Below, piece after piece: positions 1-7,712 of a DNA stretch of 23,045 nt (positions are counted from its first letter, which is position 1; each line of letters begins with the position of its first letter). The position numbers were made by a program, and so were the translations under genes. Under the pieces are notes generated by a model that had not been told where the DNA came from, ran no database searches, and was given only the letters and a program-made list of their open reading frames with translations. The stretch comes from a bacterium (GTDB taxonomy: Bacteria; Electryoneota; Electryoneia; Electryoneales; Electryoneaceae). The stretch lies in the NCBI GenBank assembly GCA_043801585.1, contig JAZDLX010000044.1, positions 1 to 23,045 of the forward strand, read 5' to 3'.

Positions 1-42
1 ACCAACTTCATCCGCGCTCACACGGTCGGCGATCCGGTCTGA
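1..42 (+). CDS. Possible 3' end of a gene entering from upstream (TNFIRAHTVGDPV*)
   Basis: Open frame from base 1 to TGA at 40-42 with GC-rich codons. Too short to identify. Confidence 0.25.
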   Translation, partial: TNFIRAHTVGDPV

Positions 43-115
43 TACGGACCCCATGCACTCAGTTTTCGGCGTTCGTTTGATCGAGCAGTAGCAAGGTAGC
101 ATATCAAAATTAAGC

Positions 116-138
116 TGTTTATAATTAAATAATAAACA
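116..138. promoter_or_regulatory. AT-rich near-perfect palindrome, possible protein-binding site
   Basis: TGTTTATAATTAAATAATAAACA: 10 of 11 positions are self-complementary around base 127. Confidence 0.3.
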
Positions 139-332
139 TAAGATAGTTAGTCGCCTTATCAAAAAACACCAAATATTTCTCCCTGCGCTTCAGAGCACTC
201 CTGTACGCTTACGCGGATCGCAGGTTTCCTTTCAGGCATCCTCGCTCATGTGACTGGTTTCGCTCGACTTCAAAGACGGCATGGCAAGATTTTTTAAACA
301 TTTCGGAGACGTTGTATACCGCGGAGGGTGGT

Positions 333-360
333 CCGACTTGCTTGTCAAGTCGGGTTTCTC
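333..360 (+). terminator. Possible terminator hairpin
   Basis: CCGACTTG-cttgt-CAAGTCGG (8-bp stem) followed by gtttctc. The U-tract is weak. Confidence 0.35.
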
Positions 361-399
361 TGTATTCACCGTTGCGTCAGGTTGTCAGTGGTGGGTGAC

Positions 400-447
400 C
401 CGGGACTCTTGTCCGCCGTAGCCTTGGCGAAGGCGGATCAGTCCCGG
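400..447. repeat. Nested REP-like palindrome
   Basis: Outer stem CCGGGACT(400-407)/AGTCCCGG(440-447) encloses TCCGCC-gta-GCCttGGC-gaa-GGCGGA (412-437). Confidence 0.55.
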
Positions 448-461
448 ATTTCGTAGAGTCT

Positions 462-483
462 ACCTCAACTTCAGCGTTGCCAG
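462..483 (-). repeat. Direct repeat copy 1: duplicated 3' end of mraY (att-like)
   Basis: ACCTCAACTTCAGCGTTGCCAG is identical to 2491-2512. The minus strand reads LATLKLR followed by TAG (460-462). Confidence 0.9.
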
Positions 484-514
484 CGGAGAGGCGTCCGCTC
501 CAACGAATCAATCA

Positions 515-2392
515 TCATCTCACCAGAGTTACCCTTCTAACAAGAACTTCACTCCCGGTCTCCATTCGGATGAAATAACTGCCCGATGATAACCCGTCAG
601 CACTCCAGCTGACCCGATGAGTTCCCGCGGGGAAAGATCCCTGACCAAGGAGTGCGACCTGCCGCCCGAGCAAATCATAGACGGTTAATCGTAAGTTCAC
701 TCTCTCGGGGAGCACGAAAGAGATATTCGTTTGCGCGTTGAACGGATTGGGCCAGGCGGCCGATAACGCAACGTGATGTGGAAGTGCAATTGAAGGGTCA
801 CTCGTGCGAATACTGCTTTCTTCTGAATTCATGAAAACGTGCAGACTATCCTGCGAAAGGATTATGGAGCGGAGAGCGCTTACGGCCACCGGATAGTATG
901 GAGCATCGGGGATTGAGGCTTGGCGCACTAATTCTGGGACACCATCAGCTAGTGTAAAAATCCTCAACTCATGCCCATCCTCCGGAAGAGCAATTACCGC
1001 AGCAAGATAATTTTCCTGCGCATCAAAGTTGACCACTCCTACTGTCTGATCGATATCTTCTCCTCTGACCAATTTTCCCTCATTGTTCACACTCCAGAGC
1101 GCAAGAATTTCTGTGTTGTCGTCCTGTCCGACCAGCCACTCGCCGAAAACACGAGCCCCTGACACATTCACATCATCCAATGAATCGACAACGGTAGGTG
1201 CTGTCGGATCGGAAATATCATAAACACAGGTGAACGGTGAGGTGGCGACGAAGCGGGGATTGCCGGGCATGATTTGAATCGCATCATGGGACCGATTGGA
1301 GTTGGCCGAACCGATCAACACGGGTCGCGAGGGATTGGTGAAGTCAACAACCTGAAGGATCGGGATCGTATTCAGCATGGGATCCTGATTTACACCCGCG
1401 ATCAGTACAGTGTCATCCAGCGAAGAAACAGCGTAGGTCAGGACGTGCTCGAAGTCGTTTTCAATCGAAACAGGTTGTGGATGATCCGGCTCGGCAAGAT
1501 CCCAGGCGTGAATTGTCGTGCCACGGTAGGTGTAGAGCTTTGATCCTGCGATGGTCATCTCCCGAATATATTCTTGCGCCGGGATAGTTCCCCCCAAGGG
1601 CGCCATCACCGAATCGGTGATGGTTGCTGAACCCGCTTCATCAAAACGAAGAGTGACAAGACCACGAAGCGCCTGGTTGACGTACAGGTTCGACGATGTT
1701 GCAATCAGACTGGAAAGTCCGTGCGAAAAGGGTATCGTGAAATCGCTATTTGTTACACTTTCGATCCCAAGATATCCATCGGTTCTGAGGGTATTTGAAT
1801 TGCTGGATTCCAGATCAGCAACGTCGATGAACACGGCACGGTAAGAAGCAGTGGATGGACCGAATCGATTGTGCGAAAAGAAAGGATCTGTCCATTGTTC
1901 AGCGGATACATTATAATAAGAATTCCAACCAACAAAACCATCTATATATCCGTTGCCATCGTCATCTACCCCATTAATGTCATCTGGGTCATTAATGATA
2001 CGATCTTGATCAAGATCTTCGCCAGAATTTACCCATATAGAATGTATTAATTGCTGATTTGATAAATCAATACCCATATCCGTCATTCCAACTATAACGT
2101 TTGGATCACCAGTAATCATATTCCATGCATTATGTAGGTTAATACCGAAGGACGACCTTAAAAACGAAAAGTTGGAAATAGGATCATAAGATGTACGGGA
2201 GGTTGCAACGAAGTAATCTGGAATGCATGCCCGAATTTCTGCTTTCCACTCTTTCAGCGATGGGGTTGCCCACTTTTCAAATGACACTAAAATTCGACTT
2301 TTGCTGCAAGGAAGTGCCGAGGACGAATGAGCGAGCTGAATACAAGCAAAAATGAGAAAAACACTCGTGAGTGCGCTGATTCCAATTTTCAT
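515..2392 (-). CDS. Secreted mosaic protein: signal peptide, truncated subtilisin (S8) N-terminal part, LVIVD/beta-propeller-like region and T9SS-type C-terminal sorting domain
   Basis: GGAGG RBS before ATG 2392 (the ORF track starts at 2464). S8-like AWN..TGDPNVIVGMTDMGID and NGVDDDGNGYIDGFVGWN. Repeats DLAEPDHP, DFTNPSRP, DISDPTAP. C-terminus AWPNPFN...VYDLLGRQV...SSGSYFIRM...VTLVR. Confidence 0.75.
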   Translation of the reverse strand: MKIGISALTSVFLIFACIQLAHSSSALPCSKSRILVSFEKWATPSLKEWKAEIRACIPDYFVATSRTSYDPISNFSFLRSSFGINLHNAWNMITGDPNVIVGMTDMGIDLSNQQLIHSIWVNSGEDLDQDRIINDPDDINGVDDDGNGYIDGFVGWNSYYNVSAEQWTDPFFSHNRFGPSTASYRAVFIDVADLESSNSNTLRTDGYLGIESVTNSDFTIPFSHGLSSLIATSSNLYVNQALRGLVTLRFDEAGSATITDSVMAPLGGTIPAQEYIREMTIAGSKLYTYRGTTIHAWDLAEPDHPQPVSIENDFEHVLTYAVSSLDDTVLIAGVNQDPMLNTIPILQVVDFTNPSRPVLIGSANSNRSHDAIQIMPGNPRFVATSPFTCVYDISDPTAPTVVDSLDDVNVSGARVFGEWLVGQDDNTEILALWSVNNEGKLVRGEDIDQTVGVVNFDAQENYLAAVIALPEDGHELRIFTLADGVPELVRQASIPDAPYYPVAVSALRSIILSQDSLHVFMNSEESSIRTSDPSIALPHHVALSAAWPNPFNAQTNISFVLPERVNLRLTVYDLLGRQVALLGQGSFPAGTHRVSWSADGLSSGSYFIRMETGSEVLVRRVTLVR

Positions 2393-2421
2393 AATGTCCT
2401 CCATAATTGAGCTGACAGCAA

Positions 2422-2449
2422 AATATATTGCACAATTCTTTTTTTTCAA
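2422..2449 (-). promoter_or_regulatory. Putative sigma70-like promoter for the insert gene
   Basis: Minus strand TTGAAA-N16-TATATT about 30 nt upstream of ATG 2392. Confidence 0.4.
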
Positions 2450-2488
2450 AACTTGTTCGATCATATCAACAATTGGTGATCTCTCAAG

Positions 2489-3613
2489 TCACCTCAACTT
2501 CAGCGTTGCCAGGGCGAGCAGGGCGAGCACCAGGCTGACGATCCAGAAACGCATGACGACCTTGGTTTCCGCGATGCCGAGGTGCTCGTAGGCGTGGTGT
2601 ATCGGGGTACGGTAGAAGATGCGCCGCCCGAGGAAGTGGATGCCGATGCGATCGCCGATCAGGTGAGTCAGGTTCACGTAGATGAACAGCCCTCCGGCGA
2701 CGATAAACAGGAGCTCCTGCTTGGTCAGCAGGATCATTGTTGCCAGAATTCCGCCGAGGCTGAGGCTTCCCGTGTCTCCCATGAACAGTTCCGCCGGGTA
2801 GCTGTTGTACCAGAGGAATCCGATCAGCGCCCCTCCCAATGCGGCGGAGAAAACCACCAGTTCATGGACTCCCGGGAGGCTCGGGTAGAGCAGGTAGTTC
2901 GCCATGCGGACATTTCCGAGGATGTAGGCAAAGACGCCGTAGACGACGAGGGGAAACATCGAAGTGCCGACCGCCAGTCCGTCGAGCCCGTCGATCAGGT
3001 TGACCGCGTTGGATACGGCAACCACGACGAACGCTGCAAAGAGGATGTAGACCCATCCCAGGTGGACGTCTACTCCTCCGTAAGCCGCAGGTTTCAGGAA
3101 GGGCACACCGATGCTGTCGACGAGCGCGGCGGGAAAGGGGGAGGTCGCCGGATGAAAAAGGAAGATGCCAAGCAGCAGGCCGTAGGCGGTCTGAACGATC
3201 AACTTCGTCCTGCGCCCGAGCCCGGCGTCCGCATGGCCGCCACGGACCTTCGCCAAGTCATCCGCCATGCCGAGCAGGGCGAAAATGACCATTGCGCTGA
3301 CCACGGCCCAGGTGTACCGACTGGCCAGGTCGCCCCAGAGCAGGATGCTCACCATCACTGCACCGACAATCAGGACGCCGCCCATCGTCGGAGTGCCGCG
3401 TTTTGACTTTGCCAGGTGCGAATCGAAATCCCGGTTGCGGTCACGCTGACCCGAGAGGTAGAGCATCCGGATCATTCTCGGGGTGAACAGGAGCATGATC
3501 CCGAGTGTGGTGATCGCCGCGGCGATGGAGCGCGTGGAGACATAGGTGAGGACACGGAGAAATCCCCAGGAGGTATCCAGACTCTGCAGGTAGGCTGCCA
3601 AAAGATAGATCAT
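2489..3613 (-). CDS. mraY: Phospho-N-acetylmuramoyl-pentapeptide transferase (possibly a paralogue)
   Basis: Motifs GTPTMGG, ADD, SNAVNLIDGLDGLA, PAELFMGDTGSLSLG, PIHH..E, ETKVVMRFWI; about 10 hydrophobic segments. The start overlaps the murG stop (ATGA). Confidence 0.95.
   Translation of the reverse strand: MIYLLAAYLQSLDTSWGFLRVLTYVSTRSIAAAITTLGIMLLFTPRMIRMLYLSGQRDRNRDFDSHLAKSKRGTPTMGGVLIVGAVMVSILLWGDLASRYTWAVVSAMVIFALLGMADDLAKVRGGHADAGLGRRTKLIVQTAYGLLLGIFLFHPATSPFPAALVDSIGVPFLKPAAYGGVDVHLGWVYILFAAFVVVAVSNAVNLIDGLDGLAVGTSMFPLVVYGVFAYILGNVRMANYLLYPSLPGVHELVVFSAALGGALIGFLWYNSYPAELFMGDTGSLSLGGILATMILLTKQELLFIVAGGLFIYVNLTHLIGDRIGIHFLGRRIFYRTPIHHAYEHLGIAETKVVMRFWIVSLVLALLALATLKLR
2491..2512 (-). 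repeat. Direct repeat copy 2 (the actual 3' end of mraY)
   Basis: Identical to 462-483, followed by the TGA stop at 2489-2491. Confidence 0.9.
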
Positions 3614-5697
3614 AACGCACCCTCCTCGCGTAGCCGCTTGCGCAGAGTCGTGTATCTCTCCTTGAGCGGAAAGAACGGATGGAACGAAACGGATGTGATG
3701 GCAAACCGGTCAAGATCCTGTTCGAGTTGTTGCACCCAATCCTCTTTCGTGCCTTTGAACCGTTCGCTGAGTGCGAGGTACGCCCGGAGCACAGCATCCC
3801 GAACCGGAGTCTGGATGGCAAGGATATAGGGTCGGCAGGCGGTTAGCACAGCCTCTGGCGTTCCGCAATAACCGTAGGTGTGAAGGGATTCCCACCGGAC
3901 CTCGAGGTTTGGATCGGCCGTGTGCCGTTCGACTGCGCCGATGATTTCCGGCGTCAATTCCACCCCTTCACGAAGAATTCTGCGGATCAGCCGCATGGCT
4001 GTTGACCGAACCTCGTAATAGGGATCGTCAATCGCTGTGGGAAGCGCCTTCAGGGTGTCTTCGCCGTAATCGCCGATCAGCGCGATCGCCGCGAGGGTGT
4101 TTCTCCGGATGAATCCCACCTGCACGAAATCACCGCCGAGGAGCCTGTGCTGCCAGGATGCCGGTGTGCGGTCGGTCAGGATGTGAAGCAGCAACGATAG
4201 TTTGACCTGATGCCGGAGCAGGCCGAGGAGTTTGACGCCCTCATTGCGCAGTTGCCAGATCGGATGAACGAGCAGAGCAGAGGCCCGGTAACGCAGGTAA
4301 TCCAGGTCGTTCAACCGCTCCAGTTCTTCATCCCGCAGGCGGCCGTGATCGAACGCGTTTTCATAGACCAGACCGACTTTCCGTTCAACATAGTGGCGGA
4401 GAGCCGTGGGTCCGGTGGGCAGTTGCGGGAATTGGCTGATGTCCGTGGCGACCGGCGGTTCATCGTCGCTGATCACGGAGGCGCTCGTACGTTTTGCAAG
4501 GGCCAGGACACGCCGTGCGATCCGTTTTGCGGCGTGAAGGTCGGCGTTGGTCGATGCCTTTTTGGCGAGTTTCTTTCGCCGTGGGGGGTCGTCGATCAGT
4601 TCACAGATGCGCTCCGCAAGAATTTCTCCATTCACCGCCTCGATCATCCTTCCGTTGACCAGTGAGGGTTCTTCATAGATCACTTCCACAGCGCCGCGGA
4701 GGGCGAGCTCCCGGGCATTGGCAACCTGTGAATCCCCAGGCAGGTTGGCTTTTGGGATGACGATGGAAGGCACTCCCGCGCTGCACACTTCGATCAGTGA
4801 CCCCGCCCCGGCGCGGATGATTGCCAGATCGGAAGCTGCAAGGTAGAGCGGCATGTCGTGGAGGTAGTCGGTGAGGGTGTACCGCAGGGGTCTGCGTTCG
4901 AGCGCCTCGACACGCTGCCGAGTGTCCTCATTGGCGTCGTAATCGCCGGTGCGCATCGCACCGCTGGCGTGAATGATGACGAGGTTGTCACGATCCGCGA
5001 GAAAGGGAAGCGCATCCACCGTGGCGCGGTTCAAAGTGCGCGCGCCCTGGCTTCCACCGAAGACAAGCATGTAGAAATCTTTCGGTCCAAGGTTCAGACG
5101 TTTTCTCGCCTCATCACGGTTGATCAGTCCGAAGTTGCTGCGCACCGGATAGCCGACCACCTCCACTGTCCGTCCGTTGAAGCTGTCGGTTGCGGAGGGG
5201 TGGGAAAGTCCGATTTTAGTGACAAATCTCGCCGCGAACCGGTTCATCCTGCCCGGCACGGCATTCTGCTCGTGCATGTAGATGGGAATGCGCCACAGGC
5301 CGAAGGTGATCATCTCGACGAATTTTGCGGCAAAGACTACGGGTGCGGAGGCGAAACCACCACTGGCGACGATCGCATCCGGACGGAAGGTCAACAGGTG
5401 AAAGGAGGCTTTCAGAACCCCCAATCCAAGAACAAAGGCAAAGCGAAGCATGCCGGGTGAAAACCTGCTTGCAGGCAGGGCGATGGAAGGGGCGTAGCGG
5501 AGGGGAATTCCGGCTCGCGGAACGATATTCGCCTCAAGGCCCTTGCGCACACCCACGAAAAGGAGATGGATGTTCGGCGACAGCTCGCGAAGAGCGTCCG
5601 AAATCGCAAGCAGCGGGGTGACATGACCGCCGCTGCCGCCGCCGGTGAGGAGGATCCGTGTGCTCCGCTCCATTCCCTGCCCAGTCCGTATAAGCAT
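3610..5697 (-). CDS. murG: MurG glycosyltransferase fused to a ~290-aa C-terminal HEAT-repeat-like domain
   Basis: GGGSGGHVTP, HEQNAVPG, GYPVR, FGGSQGA, RAGAGSLIE and QVANA lie in the first ~400 aa. HEAT-like motifs follow (DDPYYEVR, DPNLEVR). Alternative start at ATG 5673. Confidence 0.9.
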   Translation of the reverse strand: MLIRTGQGMERSTRILLTGGGSGGHVTPLLAISDALRELSPNIHLLFVGVRKGLEANIVPRAGIPLRYAPSIALPASRFSPGMLRFAFVLGLGVLKASFHLLTFRPDAIVASGGFASAPVVFAAKFVEMITFGLWRIPIYMHEQNAVPGRMNRFAARFVTKIGLSHPSATDSFNGRTVEVVGYPVRSNFGLINRDEARKRLNLGPKDFYMLVFGGSQGARTLNRATVDALPFLADRDNLVIIHASGAMRTGDYDANEDTRQRVEALERRPLRYTLTDYLHDMPLYLAASDLAIIRAGAGSLIEVCSAGVPSIVIPKANLPGDSQVANARELALRGAVEVIYEEPSLVNGRMIEAVNGEILAERICELIDDPPRRKKLAKKASTNADLHAAKRIARRVLALAKRTSASVISDDEPPVATDISQFPQLPTGPTALRHYVERKVGLVYENAFDHGRLRDEELERLNDLDYLRYRASALLVHPIWQLRNEGVKLLGLLRHQVKLSLLLHILTDRTPASWQHRLLGGDFVQVGFIRRNTLAAIALIGDYGEDTLKALPTAIDDPYYEVRSTAMRLIRRILREGVELTPEIIGAVERHTADPNLEVRWESLHTYGYCGTPEAVLTACRPYILAIQTPVRDAVLRAYLALSERFKGTKEDWVQQLEQDLDRFAITSVSFHPFFPLKERYTTLRKRLREEGAL

Positions 5698-5836
5698 CCG
5701 TTGCGGGGATCAACGTACGCCCTCGACACTTCTTCATGCAAGAGTTGCTGATCGCACCCTGATGCCGGTAGCTTTCTCGTTTGGGCGGATGTGTGGAAGT
5801 ATCCATCTGGAAAACGGGCCATTACGAGGATCAGGA

Positions 5837-7522
5837 ATGTCATTATCCCAGGTACGAGATCCATACACTCACTGGGGCCGCGGACTGTCCCTCGCTCTGG
5901 CGCTCGCCGCAACCATCCTTGATCCGCTTGACCACCTGCCCATCGGACGGGGACACACCATCCCGTTGACGACGATCCTGATGTTTGTCGTGGTTGTTCT
6001 TGCGGTTGGAAGTGTGATCCGTCATGGAACCTCCCTGAGGAGGTGGTATTTCGTTCCCCCGTTGCTGATGGGTGTGGTGTTGATCGGTACCCTGGGCGGT
6101 CTGGGACGTGAAGGATCCTTTGTGGCCATGGTCCGAGTCTGGAGCCTGATCCTCTTCGCTACTGCGGTTGCCATCCACTTTGCGGAGCAGTCGCTCGAAC
6201 GGGTGGGAGTGCTGACGGCTGCCGTGCTCGGTGGAATGGGTGCGGCGCTGCTCGCGCTGGGTGATTTCTTCGGGATATCGAGCACCCGGGAATTTCTGAA
6301 TCTTCATCCCTCGGTCCATTCCACCTGGTCACTTTTCATGCGTCCGTCAGGTCCGTTTGAAGATGCCGAAGCGCTGGGCTGGATGATGGCCCTTCTCGCC
6401 CCGGTCGCCGCGGCTGGAGTGTTTGTCGTTGGGGGAAAACGCCGCGAGTTGATTGCCCTGGCATTTGCACTGCTCTGGGCGGGCCTCGTTGCCTCACTCT
6501 CCTACAGCGCACCCATCGCCGCGCTGACCGGGCTGCTGATCCTGCTCCTCTCGCGCACGGCGATGAGCAAACCCTATCCCGGGTTGCCGTTCCTGCTTGC
6601 GGCGGTATCCCTGATGATGGCGATGAACCCGGTCGTCAAGGCGAGATGGAACAGTGACATTCGGCCGATCAACGCTGTTGCCGAAGCGGTGGATGTTCTC
6701 GATGGCGCTTTTGCCGACGATTCCCTTCAGATCGTGATCGCCAACGAGGGATCGCTCCGTTGGCCGAAAAATTGGGAAGCTGGTGTCCATTTGTTGAAGG
6801 TTAAACAAATCAGCGACGACAATCTCGAGCTGAAAACCTCCTCGTGGATGGGACAGCCACTGAGTCAGAAGATCGAACCAGGCGAATCCTCCGTGGTTCA
6901 GTTCCCCTTCAGGGCGGTTCCCGGTTCCGGCTTCCTCGTCGTCGATCTGCGCGGTCCGGGCGGTTTCCTGTCGTTGAAGGAGGGGGTCGCCTCGGTGATC
7001 ACGTTCCGGTGCACGGTGGACACGGATGGTTTTCTGCGGCTGGGTGGGTTGACGCTTGTGCGGTCCGAGGTCACCCTGTTCGCCGTGATGCGGGCGCTAC
7101 GCGAAGAAATGCCTCTTGGACAGCGTCAGAACCGTTGGAGCGCATGGTGTGACGCTGTCGCATTGCTCAAGGGGAGGCCGTTCACCGGATTGGGTCCGGG
7201 GGCGATGCAGTCGTTGCTCGGGTACAATTCCGGCAATCTCTACCTGCAAACCGCTGTGGATCAAGGACTTGTCGGCGTCGTCGTGCTGCTGGGCACTCTC
7301 CTCGTCCTGTTTGTCGCCCTGTCGCTGCGAAGGGATGCTGAGGGAACCTTGTACGCCGCACTGATGATCGTCGTGCTGGTCTATGGTATGCTGGACTATG
7401 TGCATGATCATCTGTCTGTTGCGGTCTTCTCGGCATTGCTGTTTGGACTTGCCTGGGCAGTGGGATTCGAACGGCAACCGGATTCACCCCATCAGGGTCC
7501 GAAATCCCGTCAGGCAGCGTGA
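5837..7522 (+). CDS. O-antigen ligase (WaaL/Wzy_C)-family membrane protein with an inserted Ig-like extracytoplasmic domain
   Basis: Many TM segments. RPSGPF, RWSAW..A..L...RPFTGLGPG and NLYLQTAVDQGLVG are typical of the family. Soluble insert IANEGSLRW...IEPGES. ATG 5837 follows GAGGA/AGGA; the longer ORF-track start overlaps murG. Confidence 0.75.
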   Translation: MSLSQVRDPYTHWGRGLSLALALAATILDPLDHLPIGRGHTIPLTTILMFVVVVLAVGSVIRHGTSLRRWYFVPPLLMGVVLIGTLGGLGREGSFVAMVRVWSLILFATAVAIHFAEQSLERVGVLTAAVLGGMGAALLALGDFFGISSTREFLNLHPSVHSTWSLFMRPSGPFEDAEALGWMMALLAPVAAAGVFVVGGKRRELIALAFALLWAGLVASLSYSAPIAALTGLLILLLSRTAMSKPYPGLPFLLAAVSLMMAMNPVVKARWNSDIRPINAVAEAVDVLDGAFADDSLQIVIANEGSLRWPKNWEAGVHLLKVKQISDDNLELKTSSWMGQPLSQKIEPGESSVVQFPFRAVPGSGFLVVDLRGPGGFLSLKEGVASVITFRCTVDTDGFLRLGGLTLVRSEVTLFAVMRALREEMPLGQRQNRWSAWCDAVALLKGRPFTGLGPGAMQSLLGYNSGNLYLQTAVDQGLVGVVVLLGTLLVLFVALSLRRDAEGTLYAALMIVVLVYGMLDYVHDHLSVAVFSALLFGLAWAVGFERQPDSPHQGPKSRQAA

Positions 7523-7563
7523 AAACGGTCCGTCTCGCGGGGAGTACCTCCGGACCCCGGGGC

Positions 7564-7592
7564 TTGAGCTTGCCTGAAATCGAGCCTATACT
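7564..7592 (+). promoter_or_regulatory. Putative sigma70 promoter for the SRPBCC gene
   Basis: TTGAGC-N17-TATACT. Confidence 0.5.
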
Positions 7593-7712
7593 TCCCCCCG
7601 AAGAAAACCCCGTCCATAACGGGAGTTTCATCCATTTTTCGTTCAACCAAACCCCGACGGTGGGCGTATCATCATGTAGCCCGTGACCGCCGGATTTACC
7701 AGGGTGAAAAAC

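Larger units (their letters stand above)
462..2512. mobile_element. Small insert or island remnant integrated at the mraY 3' end
   Basis: Bounded by the 22-bp direct repeat. GC is lower than in mraY (18/60 at 2041-2100 versus 37/60 at 2521-2580). No integrase inside. Confidence 0.6.

Noticed and set aside
131..157. dif-like site (AATAAACATAA matches a XerD arm at 9/11)
   Set aside because: The second arm is weak and fits only with a 5-bp spacer instead of 6 bp.
182..224. Possible structured RNA closed by CCTGCG/CGCAGG
   Set aside because: Short stems, no recognisable riboswitch consensus and no downstream gene to regulate.
1721..1880. 10-bp direct repeat GTGCGAAAAG at 1721 and 1871, near the chimera junction
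   Set aside because: Could be chance. The apparent HG..SLIA S8-like motif after the 1721 copy is better read as a propeller blade (NLYV...GLV).
2511..2529. Tandem AGGGCGAGC repeat in mraY
   Set aside because: It simply encodes LAL-LAL in a membrane helix.
5645..5836. N-terminal extensions given by the ORF track (also 2393-2464, 8976-9116 and 22038-22259)
   Set aside because: Downstream starts have better RBSs. The extensions overlap neighbouring genes, promoters or hairpins and show no family motifs.
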